In this document: piece after piece, positions 53,752-64,000 of the stretch
Position numbering within the stretch: position 1 is the first letter of the stretch
How the letters are laid out: each line of letters begins with the position of its first letter
The notes under the pieces: model-generated
The model's input: the letters and a program-made list of their open reading frames with translations, nothing else
The model's database searches: none
What the model was told of the DNA's origin: nothing
Assembly (NCBI RefSeq): GCF_009914755.1
Contig: NC_060931.1
Length of the DNA: 64,000 bases
Direction: 5' to 3' (one strand)
Source: the human T2T-CHM13v2.0 reference genome, Homo sapiens
Translations under genes and position numbers: made by a program

Positions 53752-55796
53752 CTATTAGTATTCTTAAGATGCTTTGGATGCTTGATTTTGGAGGTGTAGA
53801 AGAATAGTGACACTGGATTAAGTGTTTTTTTTTTTTTTTTTTTTTTTTTTTGAGAATATAAACCGTCTTCACGTAATTTGGTGCACAGGAAGTTGTGTTC
53901 TCATGAAACTCGAGGTTTCAGGAATATTGAGAAATCATGCTGAAGATATGAAGATATGTGGGAAAGGATGGGGGAGTTCCTTTATAATGATGTGGTATTA
54001 CGAAGGCCACAGTGTATAGATTTTTGTAGGCAATAGAAGTGCTGATCTCTGAATTAACGACAAGAAAGCCCATAGCTCTGTGATAATGGCAGCATATTGC
54101 AGGGACTTGTTCTTCAGGCATTGATCAATAGAAACTGGCATATTGACCAATGTGGTCGATTTTCTCCCCAGTATTCTTTGGGATTATAGTGGCCATGTGA
54201 ACTTTACAGGATATGTTTGAAGCCTCGAAGAAAATGTGCTTTGGTTAGAAATGGAACCACATACTTTCCCTGATCCACAGGCGTTTGTCACAGATGGTCC
54301 TGTGGCAGCTGGGGGTGTACTAAAAGAGCCCACAGGAGTGAGGTCTCAGTTGAAGACCAGTGGTTTCAACCAAGTTAAGACTCTGAAAAGTCTCCATTTG
54401 GATTCTTTTTATAGCATTTTGGGATGATTAAATGAGTTAATATATGTAAAGCACTTAAAACTGTGCTGGAATATTGTAAGCAGTCAAAAAAAAGAGCTTG
54501 TTTCCATTTTCTGTTCCTTATTTTCTTTTAAATAAGATCAATGTAAAATATATCAAATGACCCTATCATATACCACCAGGAAACCACAAACCAATGAAAT
54601 ATAAACTTTTCAGAAGAATCAGACAAATATTGTACCAAAAAGAGCTCCATACTTACTGTAAAAAGACTTCCATTTTAATCTTGCATCCACTTCCAAATTT
54701 CAGCGTGATCTTGAGCTAGTAAGTTGAATTCTTCTGGCTTAAGCATCCTCATCTATGAGGTGGCAATTGTCACATACTTTTCTACGTCCTAAAGGACCCT
54801 TAGGGCACATGAGCCTTGTCAACTGTAAAGATGTATTTATTAAATATACTTATAAATAAGTAAATGTAACAGCATTATTATCAATTATTAAGAAATTGAA
54901 AACTGTATTTTTTCTTATTATTTCTCCTGAGAAGTGGGGATGGCAAGTGAATTGCTAGATTAATAAAGATTAACTGCTTAAAATGTTAAATTGAATAAAG
55001 ATTACTGAAGAATGCTGCAAGAAAATATCCTTTTTCTTATATATGTATATGTTATATTATGTATCTGTATATTTCATTTACATGGTGCTTTATAATTTTA
55101 TTTCTATTGAAATTTTATTGATTTTCTGATTATACCTTCAAATATTTAGGATTTCTTTTATTGTCAATAGAGGATGCTCAAATTAAGTGCACTGAAGCCA
55201 AGAAGGCTAATACTTCTGTAATTAGTGACACATAACAAAATGTTGATCCTTCAGAAAAACCAAAAGCACTCCAGTTGAGGAAAGCTGGAACTATTTAAAA
55301 GGAAAATATGTGGGACAAATAACACTCTTCTTATGTATTTTTAATTCTGTTTGTAGCTTCTTGAAAAGGTTTATAGATAATGTCATACACTATCTGTAAA
55401 ATGTTAGTGGCAGTGCTTAGAATAATATAACTTTTACTTAATTTAGATTTACCTAATTCTCCCTCTGAATTCTATAGATGATTAAATTAGAAAAGGGAGA
55501 AAATATTCAAGTAATTCTAAGATGAAAACTTTCTAAGCAGATCCTCTACCTTTTTCATAGGAAATGCCAGGAATCCTAGCCAAAAGAGAATGTTATTTAT
55601 CCATTTGAAAGAAATTGAAAAATGTTAAGCTGACCTCAATGTAGATGTCTATTATGATAAAAAGAAAAAGAATATAAAAAGAGTATACTGATTTAATTAC
55701 ACAAATTATTTAGGTACAGCCATGATATTTCACAAATCAGCTCACAGATCAGCTTCCTACCATTCTGAAAATGTAGATGAAACAAAAAAAAAGTCT

Positions 55797-56179
<383 letters not shown>

Positions 56180-56554
56180 TCAAAAAAATGCTGCTTGGAG
56201 ACAAAATTACTTCTATGGTTCATCTGGTCTTTCTCACTATTTGCCACCCTGCTAAGTAGAGAGATTTCCGTTTGTTCAAATCTCTTCTTCAGTTTTAAAT
56301 AGTTTCATTTCACTTTCTATATTCAATCTACTTTAAAATTGAAGGAGCTGTCATTATACTGTTCATAGGCATTGGCAATGATGTCTGTCTAATCATTGCT
56401 TGTTCTTCTGGCAACTGCAGCTGAAACCTGTAGCTGGTGACCTTGTGAAGCCCTTTCTTTCTTCTTTGTCTTTTAACTTCTTGAACATTGTTCGTGCAGT
56501 TATTTTAAAATCTGGTTCTGGGAAGTCTCATATTTGGGTTTCTCATAAGTGATG

Positions 56555-57050
<496 letters not shown>

Positions 57051-58361
57051 TATGACAAATTGATCCATAAATTTATATTTATATCTGCAGATTACATTGA
57101 TTCTTTTGGTTTGTATAATTGTTTTCCTCTTTAAGTGTATTTATTTGTTTATTTTACATTGTGTGTTATACATATTAGCAAAATTATAGAAATAGTAAGG
57201 TCTCATATGAAATTATCCTCTCTTAAAATAGTATGCTTGTATCTGGCAGGTACTTTGAGAGACTAGCAATCCAGTAGCAACTTAATCAAATTTCAGGGAT
57301 TGCATAGATTCAAAGCTGAGCCTCAGCTCTTTTGAGTTTTAACTACTCATTGATCATATTTATCTCAAATCGAGATAAGTCACTTTACATCTTCTTAAGA
57401 ATAGGTAATTTACTTTCATAAATACACAGGGAACATAGGATTTTATTTTATTTATGATATTGTTTTTAATTTTTTGTGAAGGTGTTCTGCATAATACATT
57501 CTGTGAAATTTTAGGAGCATCAACAGGAATAGAGCAACTTTTATATCTAATTTTAAGTTAAAGATATTGAATGTACTGGAACAATCTAAGCATGTTTATA
57601 TTCATCTTAAATATAAATCCAAAATTTGGAACTGTTTCTATTCTTAAACACAATTATCAATGAATTGGACCAAAGGTATGAGCCCATGTATCAAAATAAA
57701 ATTTGAAAAGCAAAGCTACGCTTCATTAATCTGATAAAAGCATTGTCAATATGTTACATCAAAATTTAAAATAGTATCTTTGAACCAATAATTTAATTGA
57801 AATGTTTACTACATAAAACTTAGATCATCGTCTTCAAAGAGAACAAAGTGTTAATATTTTAGTCTTTCCAATAAAAATGTGAACTGATTATATTATCATT
57901 TGAAAACAGTATAATATTTGCATGCAAAGGAGAAAACACAGAGACTTGAATGCAAAATTTATATTGTAGCTTCTAGCTAACGACAAGGATGGTAACTTCA
58001 AAGTAGAAAATTCCAGAAATAAACACAATAAAAAATAATAACAATCAAAATGCCTATCATACCCTTAGGCATTCGGATAAGAAATAATGCCATTTGTCTG
58101 GCAGAAGGTATGTTTCTGGTAATAAGTTTTAGATGCTGAAAGCAAGATGATTATTTATCAAAAAAAGATTTGTTTTTCAAGCTCCATTGGTAAAAATGAC
58201 TATATTTTTAGTTGGGAAGATACAAGAAATTGTGTCTTAGTAAGTTAAATAATCTTCCAACAAGCTCAAGTAAATAAGTTCAGTTGAAATTCAAATATCC
58301 CAAGTATTGTTAATCTTATTTCCATTTTCCCAGATTTTAGTGAATATTCTTTTGTTACTAG

Positions 58362-59130
58362 TTGTATCTTCAGTGGTTTGATGAAGCTAAATCTGGGAGA
58401 TCACTCATTCTAGGTATGGATCTCCTTACCCTTGGCCTCTGCATCATATTTTGGCCTATCAGAAATGGTGAAAAGTCAAATGTAAGATGAAAGCTATCAG
58501 ATGGCGTAAGAAAACTCTGGACCAGGTCTTAGAAGATATAGACCAGTGCTGTCAAGCTCTCTCTAAAAGTCTGGTAACACAACCATATTTTTTTAATAAG
58601 CAGCTTCCTGAATTTGATACACTGGTATTTGGCCATTTGTACACCATTCTTACCACACGATTGATGAATGATAAACTTTCTGAGGTGAAAAACTACAGCA
58701 ACCTTCTTGCTCTCTGCAGAAGAATTGAAAGGCACTATTTTGACGATTGTGATAAAGGCAGATTGCCTTAAAATTATGTGTTAATTTTGTTATTATTTTC
58801 AAAAGTTTAACTTTTGAAATACGTTTTAGTTGAATGTTATATTAGATATTGGTATCAGAATTTTAAAACCAAATAACTTCCTTTTGAAACCTCAAAACAA
58901 ATTATACAATGTATCCTATATATGTACTTTATATTGTTATTTGTGTACACATTAAGATAATTCTGAATTATTTCATTTGATATGTTATATTCTATACCTC
59001 GAAAGTTTTGTTTCCTTGAAACATGCATGCATATAAAAATGAAGTTTAAACAACAGCATAGATGTTACATTTACTTTCTTTTGATCTTTCTGAAAGTCAC
59101 TCACTGAATTTTACACATGTGGAATAAACA
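58362..59130 (+). pseudogene. MTX2: 5'-truncated processed pseudogene of metaxin-2
   Basis: LYLQW.DEA...ITH.RYGSPYPWPL.HILAYQK, in-frame TGA at 58469, then [23 protein letters not shown]...TQPYFFNKQ...[12 protein letters not shown]...KNYSNLL..CRRIE.HYF, stop at 58769-58771, then an AT-rich 3'UTR. 3' limit uncertain (59060-59130). Confidence 0.93.
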
Positions 59131-59134
59131 GTGT

Positions 59135-59781
59135 TTTTTCTAAGACACTGCTGCTGCCTGGAGGTGCCTGCCACTAGCCATGGCCAACCCCACTCTGTTT
59201 GGCATAGCTGCAGAGGGTGAGCCCTTGGGCCACGTCTTCTTTAAACTGTTTGTAGGCAAAGTTCCAAAGACAGCAGAAAACTTTTGTGCTTTGGGAACTG
59301 TAGAGAAAGAATTTGGTTATAAGAGATTCTGCTTTCACAAAATTATTCCAAGGTTTATGTGCCAGGGTGGTAACTTCATGCCATAATGGCACTGATGGCA
59401 AATCCATATGCGAGGAGAAATTTGGTTATGAAAATTTCATCCAGAAGCATAGAGGTCCTGGCATCTTGTCCATGGCAAATGCTGGACCCAATAAAAATGG
59501 TTTCCAATTTTTAATCTGCCATGCCAAGGCTGAATGGTTGGATGGCAACCATGTGGGCCTGGACAATGTGAAAGAGGGCATGAGGGTATGACTGTTGTGG
59601 ATATTATGGAATGACAAGATCAGCAAGAAGATCACCATTGTGAACTGTGAACAACTCTAATAAATTTGACTTTTGTTTTGTGTTCAACACCAAACCATTT
59701 CTTCTGCAGCTCAGGAGAGCACCCATCCACCTCATTTGTTCACTATAATCTTTGTGCTCTCACCGCAGTTCTTTAGGTTTC
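59135..59781 (+). pseudogene. PPIA: Processed pseudogene of cyclophilin A
   Basis: [30 protein letters not shown] from 59180; FHKIIP.FMCQGG; [17 protein letters not shown]; frameshifts; stop near 59660; 3'UTR 'gctcaggagagcaccc'; no introns. Confidence 0.95.
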
Positions 59782-61627
59782 TAAAGCCAACTCACAGTAG
59801 TTCAAATTTTTTTGCTAAAATCCAGTTTACTGTCAAATGTTTTGCTGCCAAAATACTTATATATAGTGAATAAATAAGTGGTATGCATCCTTATTTAAAT
59901 TAAAACTTAAATCATAAATATCTTTTTAGAATGATTGTTGTACATATGAAAAACTTTAAATCAACACGGTCTGCAGTATCATTTTGATGATGGGAATGAT
60001 GTGCATTATTGGGTTTAAAATAATTTTACCTTCCACGAGCCTTTTTAGAAATCCAACTTGTTACCTTTTAATTGACTTGAATATTGGGTGAATAGCTATA
60101 GTATTAATCCATGAAGTACCCTAACTCCAGGAAACATAGAAATTATAAAATACGTCAATCTGAGAGACTCACTAATAATATTTCTTGATGTTTTTGGACA
60201 GACAGATAATGAATAGTATTTTTCTTACTGTTGCATATGGTTGTTATTTAATAATATGGATGTTATATTGAGGTATTTCAAGATATTACAATCTATAGCA
60301 AAATTTAAGATGATATACTTTTTTTGAATACACTGTAATTTTCTATTTTAAATTTTTACAACTAGTGGCTTCTTGTTCAACTATTTTGTAGTATGTCTCA
60401 TCTATTTATGTCCACATATATGAAACAATTTATACATTTTATTGAGCTTTAAATAAAATAAACTATTTGACAGTTTAAAAAGTGTGTACTAGAGCAAATT
60501 ACTTAATATTTCAGGACCCCAGTTATTCCAGCTGTTAAATGGAGTGGATCAAAAGGCTGATTAAATGTAACGGATTCCAAAGAATGGCTGGCACATAGTA
60601 AGTACCATATAATTAGACTTAAACTGCTAAGATTAATTATATTTTTTATTATTTAAAAATCTATAAAACTCTACCTATTAAATTAGCATGGTATTCAGTC
60701 TTTTTCAAGAGTTTTATTCCAAATATAGTTCTGAGGATATCCAGGGTTACTTATATTTGTAATTGAATCAGTTTTCTCATGGTCTCCTGGGATAACCTGC
60801 CAGGAAATTAAGTGTCCTGATTAGGCTAGATTCTCAAAACAGTGGCCGTCTGATCTCATTTCCCTTCATCCTTCCGGCCTCATTCTCAGGACAGAACAAG
60901 ACAAGCCATTAACCCTGAAACCCAGTGGTTCCCACATGACGGCCACTTCTGATACTTGTTTATTTATGTGGATAAACATGGTTCCTTGAGGAATGAATAA
61001 TAATACTCTTTTCGGTATAATACTCAGGGAGGGTGACAGAGACGTCCCTTGTGTTATAACTTTTTATAATTAATCATCGTCAAGTCTTTGGTGTGTTACT
61101 AATGCTCAAATGGTATTTATATTTTTTCTCAGGGGTGGGGTGGGCGGCACTTTTTCTGCATTAGCTGCACTCTTTGTAGAGAACCAACACCTTAGTTTTA
61201 TATCCTAGACTCTGAAATTGAATTTGATTACTCTAGGAAACTCTCATTTTCTGTATGATGAGATTCCCCTTAGGAAAAAAAATGCTAACTTAATTCCTAC
61301 CTATAGCTGATTGAGACCATATGAGATACATTTAAATAAGGAATATTTGAATATGTTTATTTTTTGCCTTACATTTAGTCCTTTACAGGAGGAAAAGCAA
61401 TGATGTCCTACCATGTAGTTTCCCAGCCACTAATTACAATGGTTGTATGCGGGGAGGGAGCACAGCTGAGAGAAGGGATCTAACTCCTTGTGATGAAGTA
61501 CGAGGCCAAACTGTCCTGTTAAATAATTAAATTCATAGTGTGTTGCATTTTGTAGATTTGAGCACTAACACATTTCAACATGGGAATAATTACCTAAAAA
61601 ATAATAATATTTAGAGAAAAATACTAT

Positions 61628-61800
<173 letters not shown>

Positions 61801-62780
61801 TTAAAATACACATTTTTAAGTCAAAACAACCCCCACTCCTGGCTTGTTTATGAATCTCTTATGAGATGAACTTCTACTGGTTTCAATGATGACATGTAAT
61901 TTTACTATGAATACGTTTCAGAGGCTTTTTTGTAAGCAGAATTAGAAAATTATTTCTGATACCTCTATGCAATTTTACTATGTTTCACGAAGCATGCTAA
62001 AACTTCATTTTTAGTATTAAAGGTCATATATTAGATACATTATTTTACCAGAATAAGAGTGTTGAAAAAAAGTTGTCACATTAAATATTGTACAAGATGT
62101 AAATTGATTACAGTTATTTTTGAGGCTTTCACTTTTATATCTTAAATTACAGATTCCTATCTTTTGATATAAGCAGTTATTACCTGAAATAGGGACTTAA
62201 AGTGGATTTAAGAAATGATTTAGAAAAAAAGTGCATTTGGGCTTTGTGATATTAAGAAATTAAATTATTCCATTTCATCTATCCTTCTATCATTATCCTT
62301 CTATTCTTCTCTCATTAGTGTCTATAGACATTTGATGGGGGGATATATTTTGAAAGAAGCAAAGAGATTACCAACATGGATTAATTTATTGAGAGCGGTA
62401 TATAAATGCATTTAACATATTAATAAAATATTTAACAAATTCATAAAATATGAACCCAAATTGGAACAAAAAGACTCCTGCTTAAAAATATCATATTTTT
62501 TTCCAAATGCATAATACAGGTATGTGTATACATATGTATGTGTGTGTGTAGATAGATAGTTAGATTGACTCACAGGTAGGCCGAGACATACTTTCCTTTG
62601 GCTCTGAAACTAAGAGTTGTTTTTCTCTTAGTCATCTCTACTGTTTATGCTGGAAATACGGAAAGAAAGTTTTTACAGGACTCTATTGATCGTACATTGA
62701 TTCATTGAATTCTTTACAAGCAGACTATTTATAATTCGTACTTGTTCATAAATTTTTTTGAAGTAATTTATTGAGTGTCA

Positions 62781-62856
62781 CATATATATATGTGTATATA
62801 TATATATGTGTATATATATGTGTGTATATATATATGTATTTGGAGATACATATATC
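62781..62856. repeat. (TA/TG)n microsatellite
   Basis: Seen directly. Confidence 0.9.
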
Positions 62857-64000
62857 TAAATAAAAATATATACCAGGTGCCATGGGGAAATGACCAGAGA
62901 CACACTAATTGAAGTGAGCACTTTGGGGAGAGGTTTAATCATTTGGTGGTTGGGCTGAAATTTGAATTATAGAAAGATTCCATTTTCCAAACATATCTTG
63001 GTTTGGTAAGAGTTCTTTGTTACAGAAAATTACACACACACTAATTTTGTGGGCAGTCTGTTCAGTAAGACAAACTAAATCCAGATATGTCAAGAGAAAG
63101 TCTCTTTTTTTTTTCAAAAATGTATTTTGCTTAAAACTGTTGAAGTAAATGATATTACTAAACCAAATCTGCAAGTTGAATCTGGCAACGTCAAGACTTC
63201 TTGGGCATAACCAAGGTAAAACCATTAATCATTTTTAGTGCTCTTCAAAGAAAAGTTTCACAGTAATCAATAGTGATATTGCCTCAGAGGAATGATGCAA
63301 TGGAAACTTTGTACATTTCCAATGACCCAGGTAGCCAAACTTCTTTTTCATTATCTCACATAAAGGTTCAACATGACATTCAGGAATCAAGACCACACAA
63401 GCATTGAAAAAAGGCTTTATAAAACTAAATGAATAGAATCCTAACTACATAGAAGCCTGATCATGATGAACCCTAATTGTTCATCTCAAAATAGAGGCTG
63501 ATTACTTTTGGCAGAGTAAGGAGTTCCAGCTTTTATCATTATTGCTTTATTCCATTAAACTCTCATTACATCATCAGAAAAGAAAGTCAATACTGACTTT
63601 ACCAATAAGATTCAGGAAAAACATCAAGAATAATTACAATGATCAGTCCTGATCTTACCCAAAATTGCTGAGTGTGGCATCAAAATAAATATTAGAAATT
63701 TCAATAATAAAGATTTAAAAAGGGTAAGAATAGACAAAATGAAAAAAGGAAGAGAATATATAACGACAGATATTACAGTTTGGCTTTGATATCAGAAATA
63801 GGTACTGTAGAAGAGATCCTGAGGGGAAACTCCCAACCTAGGATAATTCACACTAGCAGATGGTTGCTATTCTTAAGTGTATTGGGATTATTTGAAGAAT
63901 AAAGGGGGAAATAAGAAACAATGAAATATAGGTAGAGAGTGATAAAAGGGTGAATTTGGGGTTTGTTCATATTTGTTTATAGGCTACCGAGTATTGTGAA

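Overview
AT-rich, gene-poor primate (very probably human) genomic DNA. I find no intact protein-coding gene, CpG-island promoter or CRISPR array. The window is mostly mobile-element fossils: about 15 Alus, many L1/L1M fragments including a 2.5-kb L1PA, MaLR LTRs, hAT and Tigger DNA-transposon remnants, a solo LTR12 inside an Alu, and a defective HERV9 provirus (22691-29050) lacking its 5' LTR, integrase and env SU. There are three processed pseudogenes (RPL31, MTX2, PPIA) and a retroposed 5' half of tRNA-Gly(GCC). The most interesting signals are unusual retrotransposition products. (1) An MTX2 retrocopy runs directly into a PPIA (cyclophilin A) retrocopy with no poly(A) between them, a possible template-switch chimera. 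(2) The MTX2 part starts exactly at an exon boundary behind a splice-acceptor-like sequence, so it may be semi-processed. (3) A tailless 5'-tRNA-half insertion has a 15-bp TSD. (4) An old L1 shows a twin-priming inversion. None of this proves a new functional system. Repeat subfamily names and parent-gene comparisons are from recalled consensus sequences and need RepeatMasker/BLAST confirmation.
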